From a virus (Duplodnaviria > Caudoviricetes): a stretch of DNA of 64,000 nt. Location: positions 32,001 through 96,000 of IMG/VR virus record IMGVR_UViG_3300031998_000024. One strand, 5' to 3'. The translations under genes were made by a program, and so were the position numbers. Below are positions 10,313 through 19,782 of the stretch, piece by piece; the stretch's first letter is position 1; each line of letters begins with the position of its first letter. The notes under the pieces are model-generated. The model had not been told where the DNA came from and did not search any database. It worked only from the letters and a program-made list of their open reading frames with translations.

Positions 10313-11767
10313 ATGGAAGTAAGAATAAGTAACAACTTGTTTCTTGGCGTTGCTGAGTTAAACAGATTGAAAAAATCCCTTGGTGAAGAGGGTTGGAAGA
10401 GGTTTATTCGTAACTTCATCCGAAAATACGGAATCATCCGAAATAATGATAATACTAATTTCTTGCCAATTAAGAAATCGGGTGTTGATGAGGTTTTGAC
10501 TATTCAGCCTGGTATAGCGTTTGATGCTGATATGAACGCTATTATCATAGATACACCAATAGATATATCATTGCCAAGTTCTATGTTATCGGGTGATAAC
10601 AAATATTGGATAGTTATTAGATATGGTTCAACACATAATGAAGTCGGAACAGTTTCTGTTAATTCAACTGGAGCATTGACTGGTACTGGTACAAAATTCT
10701 TAGAAGTGTTAAGAGGTCAGCCTGATTTTCCGACTAAGGTGAAATTTGATTCTCAAGTCAATCTTGGCACTTATGAAGTCATAAGTGTTGCTTCAGATAA
10801 TTCCGCTATTATTGCTGGTTCATTTACTCAAGAGAGTGATTTGAAATATAGCGTTGTTGGTACATTTACACCTGGTTTTATACCTAATCCTGAAGATGCT
10901 CAAATTTACGAATACGATTCTTATGAAATTTCTGTTGTTACAGCAACGGCAATGCCCATGTCGGTGCCTGTAGGTTACGACTTTGTAATCTGCGCTGTCA
11001 GTTACATAAAAGGCGTTATGAACATTGAGGATTACCGTTTAATGTTTATGTTAAATGAACCATATGAATTATCTGATGAGAATATGATTGCTTTATCGGT
11101 TAATCCGTTGGTCACATTGGTAAATGAAAATGTAGTTGATGTGAATGAAAAGGGTATAATGGTAGAATTGTTAATGGAGCATGGATTTGCAATAACAAGT
11201 TTCGATTTATTAGCAACCACGGCTGGTTATACATTTACCATAAATCAAGGCGGTTGTAATTATATAGATACATCGTCAACGATACCTAACGGAATATTTA
11301 AGGGTTGGTGGATATTGAATAGGAATAATATGAAATATTGTGAAGTCTCTGATTCTGTCAATAATGTTTTATACATTACCGATATTGTTCCAGAGGCTGT
11401 TCAAGATGCTGCAAATATTGTTCTTATTCCGCCATTCAATGAAATAGAGTATCGTGTTGCCGTTTCTAATAATGTCACCATTCCATCAGAGCCGTATTAT
11501 GTACGCTGTTCCGCTGAAAACATTAAGAATAGAATTATGATACCAATCTTTTGGAAGAGTGTGAAAAATAGTGTTTATGCTAACACAATTACATTAACAT
11601 TGAGTTATCGTATGATTGGTTTTGGTAAAGACAAATATCCGTTTAATCCGTTTAATCAAGCAACATATACAGACCATGAAGGCACTGTTTTGTCAATAGC
11701 AAGTAGTTCTATTCAAATCAATGTTACTGAACTGAAACCTATCGCAACTCAGCATAATTATTCATAA
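10313..11767 (+). CDS. baseplate/tail structural protein
   Basis: LTIQPGIAFD, LTGTGTKF motifs; operon context. Confidence 0.45.
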   Translation: MEVRISNNLFLGVAELNRLKKSLGEEGWKRFIRNFIRKYGIIRNNDNTNFLPIKKSGVDEVLTIQPGIAFDADMNAIIIDTPIDISLPSSMLSGDNKYWIVIRYGSTHNEVGTVSVNSTGALTGTGTKFLEVLRGQPDFPTKVKFDSQVNLGTYEVISVASDNSAIIAGSFTQESDLKYSVVGTFTPGFIPNPEDAQIYEYDSYEISVVTATAMPMSVPVGYDFVICAVSYIKGVMNIEDYRLMFMLNEPYELSDENMIALSVNPLVTLVNENVVDVNEKGIMVELLMEHGFAITSFDLLATTAGYTFTINQGGCNYIDTSSTIPNGIFKGWWILNRNNMKYCEVSDSVNNVLYITDIVPEAVQDAANIVLIPPFNEIEYRVAVSNNVTIPSEPYYVRCSAENIKNRIMIPIFWKSVKNSVYANTITLTLSYRMIGFGKDKYPFNPFNQATYTDHEGTVLSIASSSIQINVTELKPIATQHNYS

Positions 11768-11784
11768 AAATAGGAGATTGTAAA

Positions 11785-12630
11785 ATGATGTTGTATTTAA
11801 CAGGTGCTTCTGTTTCGTTGTCTAAATCCAGCGATGCACCTCAAACTGATGTTCAAAAATCGCTTGGCGGTTACATAAGTTCTTCAGTGGTACCTAATGG
11901 TGCTATCAATTCATTATTTGATATGATTTCGTTAAACACTTTGAAGAATAGAACAAAGGAAATCATAGCAGTTGGGTTGATAAACAAATTAGATATTAAG
12001 GTTACTAATGTTGAAGTTAAGATGGTAACTAAACCTAATTTTGTTGGAAAATTTAAGGTAGCCGCTGTTTCTGTTGATGATGATTATCTTATGGAGCATA
12101 TTGATAATCGTTATGCTGAACCTATTCAGGCTGAATTTCATGATATTGATTTTTATCGTGCAAGTGTTATTGCTGAAATCTTAAATCCTGCTGTTGCTGG
12201 AGAGGTTATTGATTTTGACCCGTTCCGAGTTACCGCAATTGTTACTGAAAGTGGTATGAAAGGAACAATGTATGCTATTTTGAAAGCATTTTCAGAGGAT
12301 GCTAATTATTTAGCAAACAAATTATCTGAAAATGAATTTGAGATAATTTGCAGAAATTACGATACTATTGATACACCTATTCAGTGTGAAGCGTTTGGAA
12401 CAGATTCTTGTAAAATAGAGTTCAAAGACCTTTATCGTAATCAAAAAGATAATACTGCTCTTGTAGCCGATGTTTTGAATCCTAATGAAGCAATCGGTAT
12501 ATGGATTCAGCGTTCAATTGAACCTCAAAATATAAGTAATGAGGAATTGATAAGAATGTATAATGAGGGGGTAAAATCTGAACAAGTTGAAGAGGTTGAA
12601 TTTTTAGTTAGTTACGAAACAAAAGAATAA
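11785..12630 (+). CDS. virion structural protein
   Basis: SLGGYISSS...LFD and IGIWIQR motifs typical of myovirus tail proteins; context. Confidence 0.45.
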   Translation: MMLYLTGASVSLSKSSDAPQTDVQKSLGGYISSSVVPNGAINSLFDMISLNTLKNRTKEIIAVGLINKLDIKVTNVEVKMVTKPNFVGKFKVAAVSVDDDYLMEHIDNRYAEPIQAEFHDIDFYRASVIAEILNPAVAGEVIDFDPFRVTAIVTESGMKGTMYAILKAFSEDANYLANKLSENEFEIICRNYDTIDTPIQCEAFGTDSCKIEFKDLYRNQKDNTALVADVLNPNEAIGIWIQRSIEPQNISNEELIRMYNEGVKSEQVEEVEFLVSYETKE

Positions 12631-12663
12631 TATCAGTTATAGTCTATTAAAATTCAAAAAATT

Positions 12664-13269
12664 ATGGTTACACTTGAAGAAGTTTTCAGAAAGTCACAAG
12701 ACAATCTTACAAAGTCATTCGATGCAGAGAAATTCTCATCAGACATCGAAAATCTATCAAAGGCAGAAACAGAGCAATTGTTAGGTCAAATCCAAGCCGA
12801 AATCCTCAAAGGCGGCGATTACAACACGCTCACCGAAATGCGCAACATCGCATTAGGTAATATAGAGAAAGCAAGAAGCGGAGTTTATGCCGATACTCCA
12901 GAGAATCGCAAACTTGGTCGCGTAGGTCAACAGTATGGCGGCAAGGGCAGTCGCGGAGGTCAGCAAGAAGATGATGAAACAGTTAAGCAGAAAATAAATC
13001 AACGCAAGAAGAATTATTTCATCAAAACAATGAGGGATGATGGTTGTAATAAAGATGATGAAATGTTTATTTCCAGACATGAGGATAGTTTCAAAGATGT
13101 TTTGAAGAAATACGGATGGGATGGTTGGGATGATTTTTATGAAAGTGACGATTGGGATTGGAATAATGATAAGGATATTAAGAAATTTAATAAGATTTTC
13201 TTTGAATGCGTTAAGCAAATTCCAGCATCAGCGTTTGGAAAACTTTATGATGATAAACATTTCAAATAA
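12664..13269 (+). CDS. putative internal head protein (propeptide + GVYADTPENRKLGRVG tag + variable C-terminus)
   Basis: Five hydrophobic-x-K-[ASG] motifs in first 70 aa; 27-aa module shared with 13743..14669. Confidence 0.5.
   Translation: MVTLEEVFRKSQDNLTKSFDAEKFSSDIENLSKAETEQLLGQIQAEILKGGDYNTLTEMRNIALGNIEKARSGVYADTPENRKLGRVGQQYGGKGSRGGQQEDDETVKQKINQRKKNYFIKTMRDDGCNKDDEMFISRHEDSFKDVLKKYGWDGWDDFYESDDWDWNNDKDIKKFNKIFFECVKQIPASAFGKLYDDKHFK
12880..12960 (+). repeat. 81-nt coding module, copy 1 (GVYADTPENRKLGRVGQQYGGKGSRGG)
   Basis: 26 of 27 aa identical to the module at 14067..14147. Confidence 0.9.
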
Positions 13270-13286
13270 AGCAACACTTAATAATT

Positions 13287-13730
13287 ATGACTGCCCAACC
13301 AAGTTCAAATCAAGGATATGTTCCGCGCACTTATGACCAAGTTGTTGCTATAATTAATGAAACGCTTACTGGTCGTGAGGATGGTCACGAGATATTACCT
13401 GAAGAACATGAAAGTATGGCGAGAGCGATACTTGATTATGCTCGTTCAACTCAAACCAGCGGTTCATGTCCGTTAATGGGATTTGCCGATACAAAAACAG
13501 TTCCGCAGGTAACTAATGCTATGCGTTGTTTTTATGTTTCATTGGTTGGTAATAATCAAACAATGACATTTTCTAATTTTAGGGATAATTTAGGCAATTC
13601 TATAGAAGTTGATACCGATGAATTTGAAATTAAAATCGTTATCCTAATGTGGAATACATCATATTGGGAAGCGATGGAAACATCTTTGGATTTTGCTGAC
13701 TTGATAAGATTAAATATTGAAAATTCATAA
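13287..13730 (+). CDS. hypothetical (probable virion) protein
   Basis: ORF with A-rich start context in structural region. Confidence 0.5.
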   Translation: MTAQPSSNQGYVPRTYDQVVAIINETLTGREDGHEILPEEHESMARAILDYARSTQTSGSCPLMGFADTKTVPQVTNAMRCFYVSLVGNNQTMTFSNFRDNLGNSIEVDTDEFEIKIVILMWNTSYWEAMETSLDFADLIRLNIENS

Positions 13731-13742
13731 ACACATTACAAA

Positions 13743-14669
13743 ATGGATAAGCAACAATATGTTAGCGTAGGCAACATCATCGAACAAGAGCGTTTGCGCC
13801 GTCAGGCTCAAATTTCTAAGGGTATTCAATCAAACCCGATAGACCATATTGAAAAAGCCTACAATGAAGATTTCGGTGGAAATCTTGAAAAGGGATTTGA
13901 AGATGAAAATTTAATTCGCTTTGCCAGCGATATTTCTGAATTCAATAAAGCAGAAACGGAATTTGCTCTTCATAAGATTCAGCGTCAAATGAATGCTGAC
14001 CCTGAAAGTGAACTTTTGAAATCAATGCGTACTATTGCTCTTAATCATATCAATGATATTGAGAAGGGTGTTTACGCTGATACTCCAGAGAATCGCAAAC
14101 TTGGAAGAGTTGGTAAGCAATACGGAGGTAAGGGTAGCCGTGGCGGTAAGGTTCATGAAACACAATGGGAACAAGCCGCTAAATGGGATGATGCTTATGA
14201 ACAGCATTATAAGGAAAAACATCTTATGATTGATTCAAGCGGTTATCCTGCTAATAATCACCCCAAGGTTGAGCGTTTGAGAGTTATTAGCCTGAAGGGT
14301 GATAAAGCAACTCCTGAAGAGAAAAAGGAAGCAAAGGAAATTCAGGATGAAATTAAGAAGCAAACTGAAGCCTTCAAGGAAAGTGCAAAAGATTATGGTT
14401 TGAGACAAATATCTAAGACCGCTGAATCTTTTAGTAAGTATGGTCCAAGAGTTGGTGTAAACAAGATGTCTAAAAAGATGTTGGATAAGGTTGGCGCCAA
14501 TTTCGGAGTTACTTATAGCAAGGGTGATTACAATGTTGAGGCTATGTGCTATAAGGATAATGATGGTAGCGAGGTTTGGTCTGTCTATGAAGATAAAGAG
14601 GGTGGTAAGGATAAAGAGTTTGATAACGAGAAAGATGCTGTGAAATTTTTTGGTAAGTTGATAGTTTGA
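13743..14669 (+). CDS. putative internal head protein, paralogous N-terminus to 12664..13269
   Basis: Six hydrophobic-x-K-[ASG] motifs in first 110 aa, then the shared tag. Confidence 0.5.
   Translation: MDKQQYVSVGNIIEQERLRRQAQISKGIQSNPIDHIEKAYNEDFGGNLEKGFEDENLIRFASDISEFNKAETEFALHKIQRQMNADPESELLKSMRTIALNHINDIEKGVYADTPENRKLGRVGKQYGGKGSRGGKVHETQWEQAAKWDDAYEQHYKEKHLMIDSSGYPANNHPKVERLRVISLKGDKATPEEKKEAKEIQDEIKKQTEAFKESAKDYGLRQISKTAESFSKYGPRVGVNKMSKKMLDKVGANFGVTYSKGDYNVEAMCYKDNDGSEVWSVYEDKEGGKDKEFDNEKDAVKFFGKLIV
14067..14147 (+). repeat. 81-nt coding module, copy 2
   Basis: GVYADTPENRKLGRVGKQYGGKGSRGG. Confidence 0.9.
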
Positions 14670-14699
14670 TTAGTTAGTAATCCTGTTATGTATGGCATT

Positions 14700-14727
14700 A
14701 GTCCAACTCTTCACGGGTTGGACTTTT
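14700..14727 (+). terminator. intrinsic terminator
   Basis: AGTCCAAC/GTTGGACT stem followed by T-run. Confidence 0.7.
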
Positions 14728-14776
14728 GTTATCAGGTATTAAAGTAAAAAGAAGTTTAATTAAACAAGTTTGAATT

Positions 14777-15040
14777 ATGAAATCAATGAATGTTCCAGCG
14801 TCATCCCAACAGATTGCTTGTTTAGGATTTGGTAAGAATTTTTCATCAGCTGGTAAGTTACCTGAAGAGGTTAGCGGATATATACGAGTAAAGAATGTTG
14901 GAGCAACGCTTGGTCATATTCGTATTTATGGCGCTGATGGTGATGGTATGGCTTTTTCTCCTGATGAAACAGAATACCTTTATATCAATGAAGGTGAATC
15001 TGTTGAAATCGTTGATGGTTCTTTCAATATAATGTTCTAA
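14777..15040 (+). CDS. small hypothetical (beta-rich, possibly virion) protein
   Basis: ORF with A-rich start context. Confidence 0.55.
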   Translation: MKSMNVPASSQQIACLGFGKNFSSAGKLPEEVSGYIRVKNVGATLGHIRIYGADGDGMAFSPDETEYLYINEGESVEIVDGSFNIMF

Positions 15041-15051
15041 TTTCTGAAATT

Positions 15052-15366
15052 ATGTTATCATCTTTTATTGGTAGATTCGGAAAATTCGGCAATCTTCTGC
15101 GTAGAGTGTTTGCTGATGGTAGTGGTACGGATGAATCAATTGTTACTGTTAAAGATGGTAATAATAATGTTCTTGCAGATACCGCTATACAGATAAAAAG
15201 AGGTTCATATACTTATACATCCGTTACAGATTCTAATGGTCAGGCTACATTAGTAGGTGCTTTGGGAGTATCTTATGTTGTAACGCTTGCTAAGGCTGAT
15301 ATAGAACAGTATGAAATCAACGGTTGGATATTTACCACTCCATCTGATTTTCAATATCCGCAATAG
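15052..15366 (+). CDS. small Ig/prealbumin-like protein; possibly extends to 15447 past a TAG
   Basis: VTVKDGNNNVL...TDSNGQATL motif. Confidence 0.55.
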   Translation: MLSSFIGRFGKFGNLLRRVFADGSGTDESIVTVKDGNNNVLADTAIQIKRGSYTYTSVTDSNGQATLVGALGVSYVVTLAKADIEQYEINGWIFTTPSDFQYPQ

Positions 15367-15483
15367 AATAAGGAAACTTGGGATGGCATGTATTCAGATA
15401 CAGACCCGCGAATGTATGTAAATACTTGGGATGGCGAAAACGCTTAATAAGGTTGGATTTTAGGATTTGGTTAATATTTAGTG

Positions 15484-15513
15484 AGGAAGGGCTGAAAAGC
15501 CCTTCCTTTTTTT
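15484..15513 (+). terminator. intrinsic terminator
   Basis: AGGAAGGGCT-GAAA-AGCCCTTCCT plus T6. Confidence 0.9.
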
Positions 15514-15573
15514 ATCAATAAAACGCAGCAAAGTTTTTTACTTCAAGAAATGAACTTTGTAAAAATCTAAATC

Positions 15574-16353
15574 ATGGAAATTGAAAAAGTATTAGACAAG
15601 TTGCGTAAATTACAAAGGTTGTATAATAGCGCAACAAAAATCAACAACGAAGGTGAAGCCGCTGCCGCTGCTGAAATGATTCAGAGGTTGCTTATTAAGT
15701 ACAACTTAACAATGGAAGAAGTTGGTACAGATGAGCAAAAGAAATCAGCTAACGAAATAAAGGAATGCATAGTATCAGGATTCACTCATACATCAATTGG
15801 CGGTGTTTGGGAATATCGGTTATGGAATTGTTTGTGTAAACATAATTTCTGTCGTTGTTATATGTATGGTAATTCATACAAACGCTTAATTCTTTTAGGT
15901 AACAGTGAGAATATTGAGGTTGTTAAATGGATGTTTAATATGCTTTCAGAGCGTTTTGTTCATTTTTCATCCGAACAATTCAAAAAGTATAAGGAAACTG
16001 ATGAATATATTTTCGCTGTTCGTAAGTGTTCAAAAGACCGTTATCAACGCGGTTATTTAATTGGAGCAGTGGATGGTTTGAATAGAAAACTTACTGAAAT
16101 CGCTGAGCGTAATAAAAAGCAGGAGCCTGAATTATCTGCTAAGATTACAGCGTTGACGATTCGCAATGATGGCGCGATTACGGATTATGTTCATGATAAA
16201 TGGGGTGGTGTTAGAACAGTAAAAACGAATTTCACCGCTGGTATTCGTGATAGTCGTGAAAGAGGTTATCGTGATGGCTATAATACAGATATAAATAAAC
16301 CGATACAAGAAAATCATAAGCGTGCCGCTTCAACTGTTAAATTACTGGGTTAG
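15574..16353 (+). CDS. DUF2786-family protein
   Basis: N-terminal KVLDKLRKL...NEGEAAAAAEMIQRLLIKYNL pattern; C-terminal RGYRDG. Confidence 0.75.
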   Translation: MEIEKVLDKLRKLQRLYNSATKINNEGEAAAAAEMIQRLLIKYNLTMEEVGTDEQKKSANEIKECIVSGFTHTSIGGVWEYRLWNCLCKHNFCRCYMYGNSYKRLILLGNSENIEVVKWMFNMLSERFVHFSSEQFKKYKETDEYIFAVRKCSKDRYQRGYLIGAVDGLNRKLTEIAERNKKQEPELSAKITALTIRNDGAITDYVHDKWGGVRTVKTNFTAGIRDSRERGYRDGYNTDINKPIQENHKRAASTVKLLG

Positions 16354-16380
16354 ACTTTAATAAGGGTTATTTATTGACGG

Positions 16381-16418
16381 ACTATGGGTGACCTTCACAG
16401 GTCGCTCATAGTTTTTTT
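16381..16418 (+). terminator. intrinsic terminator
   Basis: ACTATGGGTGACCT/AGGTCGCTCATAGT stem plus T-run. Confidence 0.8.
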
Positions 16419-16527
16419 ATAGTAGGAATTAAAAATAAATAGTGAAATATGGATAAATTTGTTATATAAAATCGCTGGAATATAATATTCAACAGCTATT
16501 AGTTTTATGAATTAAGTAATTTAATTA

Positions 16528-17427
16528 ATGATTGGAATAATTTATAAATATAGTATTTTAGGAGGTTGTAAGTATTATGGACATCATCCATTTTATGTCG
16601 GTCAACATTGGGAAAGAAATAGTTTAGATGAATTCTTATCAGTTGATGCTGTTTATATTGGAAGTGGCAAAAATTGGTTGAAATTCATTGAAGAATTAAG
16701 GATAAAATATCCGTTTAAGTGGCGATATTTAATTAAGCGTGAAGTTCTATATGCCAAAGAGGATATTTCTCAAAAAGCATTAGATGCTCTTGAACAACAT
16801 TTTATTAAGAAAGAGAAAGCGCATTATTCATATAGATTAGGCGGTTGTAACATCTTATGGGGCACCGCTAATGAGTTCGGTTCAGGAAGTCCGATGAAAG
16901 ACCCGAATATTGCCGATAAAGTTATTAAACAGCTTTTAGGCAGAAAGGGTGCTAAAAGGTCTGAAATAGGTAAAAGGAATATGAGTATTGCCGCTAAAAA
17001 ATCTTGGACTGGAAAAAATGGAGAGTTGAGGAGAAAAAACTTATCGCAAAAAATGAAAGAATATTGCTCAAGACAAGATGTTAAAGAAAAGAGGTCAAAA
17101 ATAAACAAGGGAAAAACATTTTCAGAAGAGCATAGGAGGCATATATCAGAAAATCATGCTGATTTTAAGGGAGAAAAACATCCAATATATGGTAAGCATT
17201 TATCTGAAGAGACGAGAAGAAAAATAAGCAATGCTAATAAAGGAAGAAAGGTGTCTGAAGAGACGAGAAGAAAAATGTCTGAAAGTAAAAAGGAGTATTT
17301 CAAGACTCATAAAGCCCATAATGCTGGTAAGGTTGGGATATTTCATCATTCTGAAGAGACGAAAAGAATTTTATCGCAGAAACATTTAATCATAAATGCA
17401 AATAAATGTAAAAATGAAAAAAAATAA
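16528..17427 (+). mobile_element. free-standing GIY-YIG homing endonuclease with NUMOD3 repeats
   Basis: GIIY...YVGQH...YIGSG catalytic domain; repeated SEETRRKIS/SEETRRKMS and GEKHPIYGKH. Confidence 0.85.
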
Positions 17428-18412
17428 CATTTTGGTGGACGGCAATTTTTGCATACATAAAGCATTCGCAGTTTGGTCAACTTATTATCAAGATGCTAAA
17501 AAAACACAAGAAGAAAACGAACAGTTAATAATCAAAGCATTACTTGATAAAGAAAAAAGACAAATTTTTCTGCGTAAAGTTATCATTGACCTATGTTTCT
17601 CAGTTCGGAAATTTAGTGAGAAGCCTGATAGTTTGGTTGTAGTCATTGATTCACACTCCTGGAGATATAAGTTCTATGACAATTATAAATATGCCCTTAC
17701 GCGTGTGAATGCATCGTATTATCAAGAATTTTGTAATATGATAGATTATGTTGAAGAGTTCTTTACAAAGAAGGGTTTAATCGTTAGCCGCGTTCCAGGT
17801 GCTGAAGGTGATGATTTGCTTTATCTTTGGAGTATATACTTCAATCAAGTTTTGGATGAGCCTTGTATTATCATTACTGGTGATTCCGATATAAGACAAA
17901 TCATGAATTCAAACATAGCAATTTTCAACAATAATTCAAAGAATCTACATCTTTACTGTACTCCAGATAGAGAGGTGTATTGGAATGAGAGAATGGAATC
18001 AGATGTTATGGTTGAACCAACAGTTCCGTTTGAGGTTGTTTTATATAAAACATTGATGGGTGATAAATCTGATAATATACCTAAGATTAAAAACGGAATT
18101 GGTGATGTTGGTTTTCGTAAATTCATTAATTCAATAACTCCATACACTAAACCACAAGAAGGAACAACTCTTACAGCAATGGCTATGTGGATTGCTGATA
18201 GGTTTTCAAAATTTGCTAAGTTAGATTATGAAGATACGCTTGGTAAGGTTTTATTTAATTTGAAAATGACTTGGTTGAATCTTGAAACATATAATGGTAT
18301 CAATGAAGAGTTGTTGCATAAGATGTTGAACGATATAAAGAACAAGAAAAACAATTACAGTTATAAGAAGTCATACACATTGGAAGATTTCTATGGTATG
18401 ATGATAAAATAA
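17414..18412 (+). CDS. 5'-3' exonuclease / RNase H (FEN family)
   Basis: ILVDGN, EGDD, TGDSD, GDKSDNIP..GIG motifs; probable start MKKNN (ORF track starts at 17396). Confidence 0.9.
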   Translation: MKKNNILVDGNFCIHKAFAVWSTYYQDAKKTQEENEQLIIKALLDKEKRQIFLRKVIIDLCFSVRKFSEKPDSLVVVIDSHSWRYKFYDNYKYALTRVNASYYQEFCNMIDYVEEFFTKKGLIVSRVPGAEGDDLLYLWSIYFNQVLDEPCIIITGDSDIRQIMNSNIAIFNNNSKNLHLYCTPDREVYWNERMESDVMVEPTVPFEVVLYKTLMGDKSDNIPKIKNGIGDVGFRKFINSITPYTKPQEGTTLTAMAMWIADRFSKFAKLDYEDTLGKVLFNLKMTWLNLETYNGINEELLHKMLNDIKNKKNNYSYKKSYTLEDFYGMMIK

Positions 18413-18433
18413 CTTAATTAAAAATTTTGAATT

Positions 18434-19369
18434 ATGAGCAAAGATTTAAGCGTTACCGATGCTTTTCAGAAGCATCTTGCCCAAAGAAGGGCAAACATTA
18501 TTAGAATGTTCAACAATCCTGAAGATGCTGTTGGCATTAGTAAAGCCGAAGAAAATGACGACTTTGAAGAAGATGACGACAAGATGAAGAAGGGTTGTGG
18601 TGACGGCAAAGAAATTGAAAAAGAAAATCCTGAAGAAACTGAAATGGAAAATGAGGATTCTGAAGAGGATGAAGATGAGAAGACAGATGCTGAAAAGGCT
18701 GAGTTAATTGACCTGATTGGCGTGGAACAATTGGATGTTTGGAAGGCTGAAATTGATGAATTGGCTACTAATTACGATTCTTTCAATGAAACCGAAAAGG
18801 CTGAAAAGATGCAAGCAATTGATACTGAAATCAATGGTTTCGCTGAAGTTTCAGGCTTAGAAAAATCCGATATTCTGTATGCTTTAAGCGGTTATGATAC
18901 CAAGTTTAAGTTCCGCAAGACTGGTAAGGAAATTAAGGAACAAATCAACACCGCTGTTATTCCTGGTCTTAATGCTAAACTTGCTACTGCGAAAACTGAG
19001 GCTGAAAATTTGTTGAAGGAATGCGGTGATGCTCCTACTCATGATGTTCCAGAGTATTGGACTGGTGAACTGCATATTGAAATGCCTTATAAGTATTACG
19101 AATGGGATGAAACAAGGGTTCCTGAAAATAATCCTTCTATCAGCGTTGTTGCTTCATTCTCACCCGATTCTTATAAGCAGCGTTGTTGTAAGAATGCTCC
19201 TGCTTCTCCTGAAGAGGCTGAGATGCGTTGCAAGTATAATGAACAGATTCGTAAGATTTGTAATATCACAACCGATATTAAGGCTTGCGAAATTGTGTCC
19301 AAGAATTTGAAAGATAGCGAGGGTGTTGAACTTAATGTTCGTCAATTGCTTGCTTTCAAGTTCGTTTAA
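18434..19369 (+). CDS. acidic putative internal head / scaffold-like protein
   Basis: Acidic N-half with repeated ISKA, MKKG, AEKA, VWKA, TEKA, LEKS. Confidence 0.4.
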   Translation: MSKDLSVTDAFQKHLAQRRANIIRMFNNPEDAVGISKAEENDDFEEDDDKMKKGCGDGKEIEKENPEETEMENEDSEEDEDEKTDAEKAELIDLIGVEQLDVWKAEIDELATNYDSFNETEKAEKMQAIDTEINGFAEVSGLEKSDILYALSGYDTKFKFRKTGKEIKEQINTAVIPGLNAKLATAKTEAENLLKECGDAPTHDVPEYWTGELHIEMPYKYYEWDETRVPENNPSISVVASFSPDSYKQRCCKNAPASPEEAEMRCKYNEQIRKICNITTDIKACEIVSKNLKDSEGVELNVRQLLAFKFV

Positions 19370-19403
19370 TCAGAAACATTCTTGTAATTTTTCATTTTTT
19401 TTA

Positions 19404-19441
19404 TTTGGCCGCTTATAGCAATATTGGCGGTCAAAGTTTTT
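19404..19441 (+). terminator. intrinsic terminator
   Basis: TTTGGCCGC/GCGGTCAAA stem plus T-run. Confidence 0.65.
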
Positions 19442-19475
19442 ATAGCATAGTTTCTTATTATATAAGATTAATGCT

Positions 19476-19781
19476 ATGGATAATCCCTGGAGATATTTTA
19501 AGATAGGTGATGTTGTTACTAATGAAACAAGTTTCGGGAAGAAAAAACGTTTTGTTATTATATCAATGCGCGGAAATTCATATTGTCCGTTAATTGATGT
19601 TCATCCTATCTTCAAAGAAAAAGTTGTTTGCACATTTATACCATCTTTAATGAAATTGGTTGATAGTCCTAACAGACCATTCAGACGATTGAAAAGGGAT
19701 GTTTTATTGAAAGTAAACAAGAAGGGGAATGTTGAAGCAAAACGAGAAATAACAATGAGATTATACAATAAAGAATTTTAA
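19476..19781 (+). CDS. hypothetical protein
   Basis: ORF coupled to next gene. Confidence 0.55.
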   Translation: MDNPWRYFKIGDVVTNETSFGKKKRFVIISMRGNSYCPLIDVHPIFKEKVVCTFIPSLMKLVDSPNRPFRRLKRDVLLKVNKKGNVEAKREITMRLYNKEF

Positions 19782-19782
19782 T

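Noticed and set aside
17200-17280. Direct DNA repeat tctgaagagacgagaagaaaaat
   Set aside because: Explained by tandem NUMOD3 motifs of the homing endonuclease.
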